64,000 bases of DNA from Carcharhinus amblyrhynchos. Lineage: Eukaryota. The stretch covers positions 96,906,001-96,970,000 of the forward strand of contig OZ336873.1 in assembly GCA_965287045.1 (NCBI GenBank). Direction: 5' to 3'. Below, piece after piece: positions 52,860 to 64,000 of this stretch (the first letter of the stretch is position 1; every line of letters starts with the position of its first letter). The notes below the pieces were generated by a model. It ran no database searches. It saw only the letters and a list, made by a program, of their open reading frames with translations, and was not told the DNA's origin. The position numbers and the translations under genes were made by a program.

Positions 52860-53109
52860 TCTCTTTTGGTTTCAGGTTCCGGCATCCATTACTGTGGATG
52901 CTGGAATCTGAAGCCAAAAGAGAGAATGCTGGAAAATCTCAGCAGGCCTGGCAGCATGTGTAAGGAGAGAAAAGAGCTGATGTTTCGAGTCCAAACAACC
53001 CCTTCTGAAAGCTTTAACAAAAGGTCATCCGGAATCAAAATGTCAGCTCGTTTCTCTCCTTACAGAGGCTGCCAGACCTGCTGAGATTTTCCAGAGTTTT
53101 CTCTTTTGG
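52860..53109. mobile_element. Foldback (inverted) Penelope pLTR array inserted in a SINE
   Basis: Inverted arms 52860-52888/52895-52923 and 52914-53011/53012-53109 centred on AAAGCTTT; the SINE resumes at 53110. Confidence 0.8.
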
Positions 53110-54269
53110 TCTCTGGCACCGAGAGGCAGCAGTGCTCTACACTGTGCTACTGTTCTACCCTCAAAGTGCATGTTCTGTGCTTAAATATCTGCCCAAATCA
53201 GAGGGGGAAAAATAAATCACTTCTGAAGCAATGTTTGCAGACAAGTAAGGCACAATCTCTCTTGCCTCCATCAACTTCCTCTTCCCCCTCATGTCCTGCT
53301 GATTTCCCCACCCGATCTGTCCTCCCCTCTATATTTCTTCCCTGCTACTTCCCATGAGGTTCCACAGGGAAGTAGTACTTAGTACTGACTCGCTTGCTGC
53401 TGCTGGTAAATATCAATGATGTGAACTTGCATGTTCTAATGCCCTTTGAAACTTTCCAGAAATTTTATCAACTTGTATAGCAAGATGGCAGGCTGAACTC
53501 AGTGGCCTGAATTTTACATTCAAAGCATGTCTGGAGTCAGTGCAGGTGAGTGTGGATGTGTGCATAAGATCGTGTTGTTTTCAATTATTGGCCATCCATG
53601 GTGGAACGTAGGAAAATCTCAGTGCTGCCTGGGACGGTGGGCGCTGTGAAAAGGGGACTGTGTGGGCCGGCACTTCCAATGTGCTCACTCAGGGGGATGA
53701 CCACTGCAGACCCGTAAAGAACAAACAGTGGAAAAGTTGTGCCAGGAATGTATTGGCAGCATTGTTCACACACATCAGTCCCAGGCACATCTGTTATTTT
53801 CATTTGAGTCCTGAATTTCAGCTAGTCTTAGATCGAGGGTGCAGCTAAAAACGATACTTTGCCAATCAGCCCACTTGCCAACCATAAAGGCAGACGGGCA
53901 ACGTAACAGTCAATTGCTGATTAATTCATTTAATTTGGTTTCTCGATTGTCGGTGCATATGGTGCAGATCACAACCGCACCTATTGACAGACACGCCACA
54001 AATGGGCCTAATGGTGTCAGGGCATGCTCCCAAAGTCTCCTCGCATGATTTTATGTGCTTTCAGACATGTGCCTGCCCTAAAAACATAAAATCCCCCCAC
54101 CCCGTGTCCTTGCTTTTATAGTTATATGTGCCTTTTAATAAAAATAATAAAAATAAAAAGAGTCCAGCAAATGAAATTGAATTTAATATTTAACATCAAC
54201 ACACCTCTGTATCACTATGAAATTCCTCCATAGTAGGAGGTTTCTCAAATAAAATAAGGAAGTATATAT

Positions 54270-54887
54270 TTAATATTCACTGTTATAAAATCTGCAGCTT
54301 TAATTTACCATCTCTTACTTGTTTGCTTTTATATCGCTGTCGTAGAATGATTGGAATAACCTGAATGTTCCACTTGAACCGTACCCACATCAAATTATAA
54401 CTATATTGCAAATGTATCAGGTAGATCTCAGCTGGCAATATTTCTGCCTCTAGCTTTGAGATTGTGGGTTGAAAGCCATCATGAACTTCATTTTGGCTGA
54501 GATTTTCCTCGCAGAACTAGTTTGGTATGAATTACTCAGCTGAAATAGTTTCATTTCTGGGCAATGACATGGCCACTTGGCAATCTCATTATTGTTTTCA
54601 ATTCTTTCTGGAAAGATATCCGTAATGCCTCATGATGTTAATCACAAAGGAATGGCAAATGAGGAAACAGCTGGGTTTTTCTCTCCCTGTTTCCCCATTT
54701 CATTCTTGTTATCTGTTATTTATACTGGAAGAACATGGATTATTGAGCTGAAATACTCTTCCTGGTAAGTTCTTATTTTCGATATCTGGCTGATAACTTT
54801 CCAAAGAAATTGGATCATTTTTATTCCGTTGCGTTCAATGGAATAACATCAGGTGGCGTTTACAACAGGTGATGAATCTGATCCATC
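54270..54887 (+). repeat. Copy B of the locally duplicated unclassified unit
   Basis: Matches 33184-33605 and 62150-62283 plus 63322-63830. Confidence 0.8.
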
Positions 54888-54981
54888 AAACCCAAATGTT
54901 TCCTCATTTGTCATTCCTTTGTAACTGACTTCATGAGGTATTATGGATATCTTTTCAGAAAGAATTGAAAACAATAATGAG
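54585..54981. repeat. 94-bp inverted repeat (54585-54678 / 54888-54981) with a 209-nt spacer
   Basis: Manual alignment gives 84/94 Watson-Crick matches with no gaps. Confidence 0.92.
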
Positions 54982-55139
54982 GTCAATAATGAGAGACAGC
55001 CTAAAACCTTCTGGGCTGGACAATTTCAAAAATTCACAACCCTTTGAGTGAAGAAACCTCTCCTCATCTCAGTCCTAAATGGTCAGCCCCTTTTCCTGAA
55101 ACTCTGCCCCCATGTTCTGAATTCCTTAGAGATTGTCAT

Positions 55140-55660
55140 GGGGCAAGAGAGACCACATAGAGAGGCCAGTGTGGTTGCATAACTTGGCACAGGAGAATGA
55201 GGGGGATCTTTGGAACTTACCTTTTAAAAGGTTGTCTCATCTGGATTAATGTTCACAACTTCTCTAAGTGTGAAAACCCATCTCAACTCTCGATCGTCTC
55301 GGCGAGAAGGCACTGGGATTCCTCTATCCTGCTCTTCAATCTGAGGAGTGTAGTTGACATCCCTTTCTCATGTTCCTGACTGCAGCTTTGGAGCAACTGA
55401 GGCAAGCCCGAGTTCAGAGGTACATCATCTGACTGGGCTTCAGTAGAGTCGTGGCCTCCAGCAAAATCTGAGTGCCGGTTTCCTGGGATGTCCTTGCCTC
55501 CATCTTAGAAACATAGAATCATAGAATCGTAGAAGTCATCTGTAGTGGAATAGAGAGAATGAGATGCTTGCCAGCTTGTGACCCCATGACCTCTCCAGCA
55601 CTAAACCCCACTGGCAGCCAGCATTCTGCCAAGGGATGTCTCATTGAATCTTGGGGCAGA
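55140..55660 (-). mobile_element. Harbinger Myb/SANT gene remnant
   Basis: 55300-55505 is closely similar to 58410-58615. Confidence 0.6.
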
Positions 55661-55944
55661 TGTCTTTGAAACCATTCTAATCAGTGCACTTTGAACAAGT
55701 GCTGCCAAGTGTTGTGGCCTTTAAATGGAGTGTGTCATTGCTTGAAGCATTTAACTGATGGCAGGGTGGGCAAATAAGAGGATGCCCACCACAGAGGCGG
55801 AGTGAGCCCATGCAATTTTTTTTCCAAATTGTTAAAAATATGGGGCAAAAACCCACCACCAGCATCACTGACAGGATAATCACCACTCTTCCCATCCGAA
55901 ATAACACTTAGCACAAAAAGCAAAAAAATTCCACCCTGTGTAAC

Positions 55945-56745
55945 ATGGATCAATGTGAGGTTATCACTTTGGTAGCAATAATAGGAAGATTGATTATTAC
56001 TTGAAAGAATGCAAATTGAGAAAGGTGGTTACTCAGCAACACCCTTGGCATCCTCAAGTATTAGTCACTGAAAGTAAGTGCGCAGGTACTGCTGACAGTA
56101 AAGGCAAATACTATATTAATCATCATAACGAGAGGATTTGAATATAGGAATAGAAATGTTTACTGCAATTAGGTAGGGCATTGGTGAGGCAACACCTGGA
56201 GCATTGTGTGCAATTTTGGTGCCCTTATGTGAGGAAGGATATCCTTGTTCCAGAGGGAGTGCATTGAAGGTTTACCAGCTTGATTCCTGGGAAGACAGAT
56301 CTGTCACATGAGGACAGATTAAGTCGGTTGGGATTATATTAATTGGAGTTCAGAAGAAAGAGAGGGAATTTCATAGAAATTTATAAAATTCCAACAGTGT
56401 TGGACAGGGTAGATTCAGAAAGAACGTTCCCAATTGTGAGGGAGTCCAGAACAAGGCTCATAGTTTGAGGCTAATGGATAAACCTTTTGAGGTGAGGAGA
56501 TATTGCTTCATCCAGTGAGTGGTGAATATGTGGAATTCACTACCACAGAAAAAAGATAGGCCAAAACACCGTGTGATTTCAAGAAAAAATTAGACACAGC
56601 TATTGGGGCTAAAGAGATCAAGGAATATGGGGAGAAAGGGGGAATCAAGAAATTGAAATAGATGAACAGCCATGATCTAAATGAATAGCACAGCAGGCTC
56701 AAAGGGCTGAACGGCCTACTCTTGCTTCTAGTTTCCATGTTTCTA
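55945..56745 (+). mobile_element. Old CR1 LINE 3' part
   Basis: Degenerate LVRQHLEHCVQFW; CR1 3' terminus at ~56700-56745. Confidence 0.8.
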
Positions 56746-56884
56746 CATGTGCTTCACAACAGTGAGGATTCAAGTTACTGTAAGTTATGTATGTAATTCT
56801 GTCTCCATGAAAGGAGTGAGCAGTCTCACAACACTAGATTAGTCTCACAACACCACAACTCCACTCTCTGAAAGCACTAATGTT

Positions 56885-57360
56885 TGAAAAGGTTATCCAA
56901 CCCTCTATTTTGCCTTCCTTCTGGGAAGACTCTAAGGAAATGTATTTAAAATAAAGAGAAAATAAAAACTTCCTCCAAAGTACAAAGGAATGTTTATCAT
57001 TAGTTATTAATTTACAGAACTGTACTTTCCCCCTCTCTTACCTGAATTATGCGTAGGACTTCAGATTACTTTATATTTTAAATATTGACCCATAGATTTT
57101 TGTTTTTATTCCAATTCAGTCAAATCAAGTCCAATTCAGAGTCTCAACAAGTTGAGACATTCCCAATCCAAGGTGACAAGACGGGGTTCTCACCTTCTGT
57201 CTTGGGCTTGATCTACATGACCCAAGCTGATCGGAGTAGACATAATTCCTCCTCCAAGGCTTGATCTCATTCGCATCTTAGCCGAAAGACTGAGATGCCA
57301 CTTCTGTACGATTCTTGATTTATCTCATCTGGTGGCAGCAGTTTATTTGGCCATAGTAAC
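56885..57360. repeat. Copy D of a duplicated segment (paralog at 59270-59550), interrupted at ~57111-57300
   Basis: CCTCTATTTTGCCTTCCTTCTG, AAACTTCCTCC.AAGTACAAA, TAGTTATTAATT, CTTACCTG, CCATAGA and TTATCTCA.CTGGTGGCA are shared in order. Confidence 0.85.
57111..57299 (-). mobile_element. Short retroposon-like insertion with a U2 snRNA-like 5' head
   Basis: Minus strand starts GCATCTCAGTCTTTCGGCTAAGAT (20/24 to U2 GCTTCTCGGCCTTTTGGCTAAGAT) and ends in a short tandem-repeat tail; absent from the paralog at ~59500. Confidence 0.6.
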
Positions 57361-57559
57361 AGCTTATAGTGGGGACAGAGCATTGTTCTTCAAAGAGCTA
57401 CTGTAAATAGCTGACTCCTGTCTGTCTGAGGCAGCTCACTGACTCTCAGTGACCAGGGTCTTTTTACTGGGCATAGCAGCGTAGATTCTCCAATCTCTCC
57501 TGATTTAGCTCCCTTCTTAAATATTCACCACATGAAAATGCACACTTTTCATCAGGGCC

Positions 57560-59160
57560 TAGGCGCTGAGATCCATGGGCTGAGATCAGACATTCTCAAT
57601 GACTGGATTGAGTGGTGGCACTGAACATTATGGAGGACATCCTCATTGGCAAGGAGAAGCTGGCACGAGTGTGGTGTTCTGTTATTGATGCCACGCCAAT
57701 CATTGAGTTGGCAGCCTTGCAGACAGCAGATGGCAGAGGCTCTGAAGTGAGAATCAGCCTTTCAGTGGAAGATGAACGCCATTGTTTCAGTGTCATTACA
57801 TGAAGAAATCTTTCCAGTGTAGGGAGCCACAGAGAGAAAGTGAGATTTATTTCATTTTCATGGGGTGGCTGCTAACTTGCATAGGTGATCACTATCTACA
57901 AGTGCTTAATGCTCATATCCATGCTGTATCTCCAGGATCCACAGCAGAAGTAGTTTTATGTCAGGCCCCGTAATGACCTTGGCGGGTGTCCTTTGGAGGA
58001 CCATGATCTGGAGGGCCCCGACCTGCATTTGGAATCCTGCTGCACATTGTGCTATCCTTGTGGTCTGTGGAGCTGGAGCTGAACTGGTTACAGGAAGAGG
58101 GAATTCCAATGAGGTGGGCAATACCAGGGTCTCTTGGATGAAAGAGCCCAGTCTATGCGACAGCTTTTCCTCCTATCTATGAGTGTTCAAGAGCCCCTGG
58201 CTTCCTCCTCAGAATAGAGAGGCAGCTGAAGTGAGATTGAGAAGTCCCACTGCCCATGTTATTGCACTGCAACACAAAGTGAGAATGATGTACTCTGGAG
58301 TTCAGGATGTCCTCCAGGACAGAGGTCTTGTACCAAGATCTCCAGTGCATTCACCACCCTTGCAGTTTGAACTTGGATGCCTTGTCACGTCAACATGAGT
58401 CTCCTTGGACAGAAAGTGCTGGGACTCCTCCATACTGCTGTTCAATCTGAGGAGTGTAGTTGACATCCTTTCCTGATGTCCCTGACTTTGCATTTGCATC
58501 TCCAGCAACTGAGGTAAGCCTGAGTCCAGAGGCACATCATCTGACTGGACCTCAGCAGAGTCCTGGCCTCCAGCAAAACCTGAGTGCCGGTTCCCTCGGA
58601 CACCCTTGCTTCCACCTGCTGTGGATCAGAGATGGTGATGTGCTCACCAGTTTGCAACCCTGAGGCCACCCTCATGCTAAGTCTCACTGAAGGACGTGCC
58701 TCTGCGCTGGTGGGGGATATAGGCGAAAGCTGTGACTTTTCTTTGATCTCCACCTCTGAGAAGACATCCTCATTGGTGTCTGGGGTGGATTCCTGTGCCT
58801 GGCTGCTAGGGGTGCTGGTCTCCTCCCCTGATGTGCCTGCAGGAGAAAGGAGATGTTATTAGTGCGCGGCAGGGGCATAAGGGCAGAAGAGACAGGACTC
58901 CTGTTAGTTGATGTGATGGATAATGGTGCGCTGGGTACGCACTTGGTTTTTTTTGGCGCTCACTTTGCCCTCATCCCAGAAACACTGGATGCCCATCCTC
59001 CTCAGCAGGGAGCTGACATTTTTCAGCGTAGCCGCAGCCTCCTATGTAGGTTGGTGACCTTGCTCGTGGGTCGCCTCTCTGTTCTTGGGTGCAAACTGTG
59101 CCACCGCAGGATGAAAACCCACCACCACCGTTGGTAGGCTAATCACCACTCTTCTTGCCG
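57560..59160. mobile_element. Harbinger relic: possible transposase 3' end (+) converging on a Myb/SANT gene (-)
   Basis: Degenerate SGG..L.....C.ILVVC-like segment near 58000; 58380-59110 resembles, on the minus strand, the Myb/SANT exons at 3310-4300 and 49920-51300. Confidence 0.5.
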
Positions 59161-59269
59161 GAAGCAACACTTGGCCAAAAAAATCATAAAGTTCCAGCCT
59201 GTGTGTATGCCTCACACCAGTGCCAATCAACTTGCTGTAATAATTCACTCTCCATGAAAGAACAAATAC

Positions 59270-59550
59270 TTGAACTGGTAATCACACCTCTATTTTGCCT
59301 TCCTTCTGCGAAAACGCTAAAGGAATAGAGTTTAAAATAATGGGAAAATAAGAAACTTCCTCCTAAGTACAAAAGAAAATGTTTGCGTAGTTATTAATTC
59401 ACCACGCTGTACTTTTCCTGTAAGACCCCTTACCTGGATGATGCTTAGGATTTCAGGTTATTTCATACTTTGATCATTCAACCATAGACTTCTGCTTTTG
59501 TTTGACTCTGGTTTATCTCAGCTGGTGGCAACAGCTTGTGTTACCATTGG
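59270..59550. repeat. Copy E of the duplicated segment
   Basis: Collinear with 56885-57360 without the U2-headed insertion. Confidence 0.85.
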
Positions 59551-59943
59551 CATCTATGCCCCAGGCAGAGTCCTTGCCTTCTCGTTATTGTGTCGAAACA
59601 TGTGCTGTGATGTGGGTAAGATGAAATTTAATATACCATGTGCATTGTTTCCTCACGTTATGGGAATCGCTTTTTCAGCCACATTTGTTAATATTAAATT
59701 ATAAAAACAGCAGAAGAGAAGACAAGCAAACCACATAAAAAGAAACAAAGGTTCGAGGAAAACATAGTCCAGAAAAAAATAAAGTGACAGGCAAACAGAA
59801 AACCATGAATAAATTCATCGGGAAACATCAGTGAATGATTTGATTTTATTTCTTTATTTATGGGGTAATTTGTTTTGGTTTCCTTGTCCTCCTTTTGTCT
59901 TCTAATGAGAGGGTCAAGGCAGTGGATGTATCTTCCACATTTT

Positions 59944-60849
59944 GGGCCCAATTTTACCAGCAAGTTGTGCCCGTTTTCAGATGTGAAAACTTGGTAAAGT
60001 CGGGTGTGAGGTGAGTAGCATGATCCGCATCCAGCTTTGCGCTGGTTCCCCTTTTACCAAGGCCCAAAAATGGCCTGAAACAGGCACAACAGCCATTTAA
60101 ATGCATTTGCATTCATTTCAATTGACTTAATGGGCTGCACGCTCAACTTTACCAGCACTTCCTCCTTTACCACTGTATTCGCCCATCCAGAATCAGCTCA
60201 AAACAGTCATGCTCCATAAAAGCCTGATTCGGGCACTCCAGTTAGTGAGGAGGTTGGTGCCTAGTGTCCGACGGCTGTCTGCTTGAGATCAGTCAGGGGA
60301 AAGGGGAGGGGTCCACTGCCGCTCTGCCTGAGATCAGTAGGGGGGAGGAGGGTCTGCTGCCACGTTGTCTGAGATCAGTGGGAGAAAGGGAGGCTTCCAT
60401 TGCCACTCTGCCTGAAATCGGTGGGGGAAAGGAGGGGCCTGCTGCCACTGTAAGAGGGGGGCGGGGGGGAGGACGGGTAGAGCGGGGAGGCACCCATGAT
60501 CAGTCTGCATGGATGGGGAATAAGGGAGTCAGTAATGTTGGGGAGGTGGGGCAAAAACTGTGGGGGTCAAGGGAAGGCATTTGCTGGCCTGGGAGGGATT
60601 GGGCAGTGGAGTCATAATCTATCATTTCTTTTCTGTGCATCCGCAGTTGGAAGTGCCAGTCGGAGCTGCAGGACTTTGGGCACATCAAGCCCTGCCCATA
60701 GGTTCCTGCAGCACAATTCAAACTCACTGATATCTTTTCAGGCTGAGTGTGTATGGGGGTGCCTGGGAATGGATCTAAAAGTCGGATATGAAACACTCCC
60801 AGTTTCAAGTCTGTCCAGCGCTTAGAATCAAAATGGTAAAAAAGGGCCC
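59944..60849. mobile_element. Complete non-autonomous Harbinger element (~0.9 kb) with terminal inverted repeats
   Basis: GGGCCCAATTTTACCA ... TGGTAAAAAAGGGCCC; ends match those of 12968-15370 and 48755-51590; internal GC-rich short repeats (CTGCCTGAGATCAGT). Confidence 0.85.
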
Positions 60850-61899
60850 ATCATATCCCGCCCTCACACTTTATTCCAATAATCTTACTCCTTTCATTCA
60901 CCTGCAAACAATCTCCGTTAACCCCAACTCATGCTTCCCATCCGCAAGCTCATCTGTCCTTCACATGCATTGATTGCACTGTTGCAAGTTTCACATTCAC
61001 ATCTCAATTGGCATACACTGAAAGCTATTCAACAATGGCAGTCACATCATCCAAACTCATTGAACCAGATTGACTGTCACATCTCACTTCCTCTTGCAGG
61101 ACAAAGTGACCCATAATGGATAGAAACAGTAACTAATCAGTGGGGGAATGTCTGGTGTGGGGTGGGGGAGAGAGGAGGTTGCAGACACACCTGCAAGTGC
61201 TGAACCCGATGGACGAGACTGCTGGAAATAATGATATCTGCTGTTACTGGAGTAATAGTCAGTGAAATCATTGAGAAGGATGATATGTTCCTGTCTAATT
61301 CATTACTCATATCTCACTTGCCCTTCATCTCAAAATCTGATTTGATTTGCAATGTGTGGAGGGTGTAACAATGCTGCTCTTGCTTTCCCCTTCTGCCCTT
61401 ACCCCAATCCTACCTTTCTGTCTTTGTGCTTTAAGATACCCAAGAACTGGCCAAATGTCATGAGCAGGAGGAACAAGTGGGTTGAAGCCAAGGCAGGGAA
61501 AAGACATATGGCTCAGAACGTATGGTTGGACATGAGTTGTGCTGCAGAGGATATCGATGGGTACTTCGATATGGTTGACATAAACACTGAAGCGCTTGGC
61601 ACATTGGCAGGCTTGCCGGAGAGCCAGCCACCATTGCCAAGGAGAGTGGAAAAACTGTCACCAATCTGAGCTACAAGCTCATCATGTCAGTTGTGGATGT
61701 GGTGACAACTTCATGCAAGCACTTGCAGAGCTGACTGCAGAGTCTGATGACACAGCTTCCATGGCAACACAGGCAGAGTCTGAGTGCTGAAGTGGAATCA
61801 CAGACTGAAGTCGTGAGATCAATGTTGTTGCTATGGAAGCCCAGCTTGGTGCCGTACTTTCTCTATGAAGAAGGAGATTAGAGAAGCTGCCCCATCCTC

Positions 61900-62100
61900 T
61901 GGAACCCACTCAAAGGGCAATAGAGGCAGAAATTCTGATCGTGTTTAAAAAATACTTTGATGTTGACTTGAAGTCCTTTCACCTACGGGGATATGGAACA
62001 AGAGCTGGAATGGGTGGGATTAGACTGGATAGCTCTTCTTTAGTTGGCTCAGATATGATGGGTTGAATGGCCTCCTTCTGTGCTGCAAACCTTTCAATGT
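61900..62100 (+). mobile_element. CR1 3' fragment
   Basis: GGGTTGAATGGCCTCCTTCTGTGCTG 3' end motif. Confidence 0.65.
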
Positions 62101-62283
62101 TTCTCTGTATTTCTTCCACAGCAAAAGACTTCTAAGATAATCGCAAAGAAGTACATGCTTAATCCGGAGCTTTTTAAATATACGGTATTTTAATTACTTA
62201 ATTTGTCATTACATCACTGCTGTTTGACAATTAGAATGACTGGATTACTCTGGATTAAATTATAAATTTATTGTCCGTACATC

Positions 62284-63321
62284 AAAGAAAACAAAGAACA
62301 TCCCAGCACGGGAAACAGGCCCTTCGGCCCAACGAGCCCGCGCCGCCACATCATCCCACACCTACCCCGCCCTGTGTGTATGTGAGTGGAACCCCTAATG
62401 TAGCCAGATTCAGGGGAGAATAGTGTCAATTTGTTACACCAATCAGCCTAAGAGCACATCTTTGGGGTGTGGGAGGAAACCGGAGCGCCCGGAGGAAACC
62501 CACGCAACCACAGGGAGAATGCGCAAACTCCCACAGACACCGGCCCAAATCCATGTGTCTGCACAGCTAGCAGTGATAGTCACTGAGCTGTTGCGGTGCC
62601 CATCTGCTGGTCCAGGATTAAGCACACACAACGACACGAAGTACTAGGCCACTCCCGGAACCTCCAAGAGCAGCCCATGCACGACCCACCGTGTGCATGC
62701 CCCTCGTTTGACAACAAGGTGGACAGGCCCTGTGGAATAAAAAGACAATATGTTAACATATAAAACTACATTTCTGGTGTCGTCCCGAGGCTCTGACCCT
62801 ATTTAATACCCTCTACTATAACCCTCCATCCTTGCTTCGCTCATGTGTCTGTCTAAGTAAACCTTAAACAAGTCCAACGTGCCTGCCTCCACCACCCTAC
62901 TCGGTAGCGCGTTTCATACCCCCACGACCCTCTGCGTGAAAAACCTTCCTCTCATATCCAAATTATACTTCTCCCCCCTCACCCTTAGATCGTGACCTCT
63001 CGTAATTGTCCCCAATCTAGGGAAAAGCCTACCACTGTTTACTCTATCTATTCCCTTCAGTATTTTATATACCTCTATCATATCCCCCTTTAATCCCCGT
63101 CTTTCTAAGGAGAAGAGCCCCAGTTTCTCCAACCTTTCCTCGTAACTCAGTCCTTCCATGCCAGGCAACATCCTGGTAAACCTCCTCTGCACCCTCTCCA
63201 GGGTCTCCACGTCCTTCCGGTAGTAAGGTGACCAGAACTGGACGCAGTACTCCAAATGCGGTCTAACCAACGTTCTGTACAACTGAAGCATTAGACGGCA
63301 GCTCTTATACTCTATACCCAG
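62284..63321 (-). mobile_element. CR1 LINE 3' part whose 3' UTR contains a V-SINE-like body
   Basis: ORF 62914-63393 [28 protein letters not shown], then a unique segment, a SINE-like body (62400-62600) and an (ACAAAGA) tail; inserted into copy C of the local unit. Confidence 0.85.
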
Positions 63322-63830
63322 AGAAAATACAGCTGGCATCACATCTGTCTCTAGCTTGAAGATTATGAGTTGAAATCCTGTTGTGCGCTTCACTTAGACT
63401 GAGATTTTCCAGCTGCACACAGAATCAGAAGGTTAAATCAGGTTATCTGCTTGGCACAAACTGCTTGACAATGATTGTGGCATGGATGGCATGGCCACTT
63501 TGCCAATTTTACAGTTGGCGTCAAAGTTTTCTGATAAGATCTCTATTGTCTGCTGCTGTTGTCACGTTAGATGGTTGGAACCTTGGGAGCAATACAGGAA
63601 ACCTATGATGTTAACTAATGTTATTGACAGAGGAATGGAGAATTAAGGAAACACATTTTCTCTGCTGGTTTTTCCCTTTTCTGTTTTTCTCCTGTTATCT
63701 GCTATATGTAAAGGAAGGACTTGGGTCATTATCCCAAACCATTGCTCAAGATAAATTTCTGTGCTTACCTTCTGGGCGGGAACCTTCCGACGAAGTTTAG
63801 TTTCATTCTATAATGTCGAATGGATCAACA
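63322..63830 (+). repeat. Copy C (right part) of the locally duplicated unit
   Basis: CAGCTGGCA..TCTG.CTCTAGCTT.AAGATT, CTGAGATTTTCC, ATGGCCACTT, TATGATGTTAA, AGGAAT..AGAAT.AAGGAAACAC and CCTGTTATCTGCTAT are shared with copies A and B. Confidence 0.7.
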
Positions 63831-64000
63831 TTGAATGAGATTACAATAGATAACAAATGTGTTCTGCCAGGTAATGTCCGACAGCAAAGTTGAAGCTTAA
63901 CCTTTCAGATAGAGAGGAGAAAGATGGCCGTGAAGTTTATTGTATTCTAGCAGTTATAATTTATACTTACACAAAAAAAGGTGGAATAATTCACCGTGGG

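Noticed and set aside
57270-57299. Functional U2 snRNA gene
   Set aside because: Only ~24 nt match; no branch-point recognition sequence, Sm site or 3' stem-loops

Overview
Eukaryotic, repeat-rich vertebrate DNA, most likely from an elasmobranch (shark/ray). The evidence is HE1-like V-SINEs, many CR1/HER1-type LINEs, Penelope-like pLTR elements and Harbinger transposons. Two spliced protein-coding genes can be rebuilt by hand with GT-AG introns and consistent phases. One is a 6-exon PhyH-family Fe(II)/2-oxoglutarate dioxygenase on the minus strand (28084-31042, 263 aa). The other is a 4-exon GLOD5 on the plus strand (39533-45160, 163 aa), oriented divergently from it. The rest is mostly nested transposon debris: CR1 LINEs, SINEs, Harbinger transposase and Myb/SANT partner genes, a gag-bearing LTR element that seems to lack pol, a Gypsy relic and Penelope fragments with minimal hammerhead motifs. 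Four items are least explained: (i) a locally multiplied non-coding unit, one copy of which carries a 94-bp inverted repeat rich in G-U pairs; (ii) a short retroposon-like insertion whose head resembles the 5' end of U2 snRNA; (iii) a CR1 LINE carrying a SINE body in its 3' UTR; and (iv) a few orphan candidate exons. Repeat boundaries are approximate. No database searches were run.
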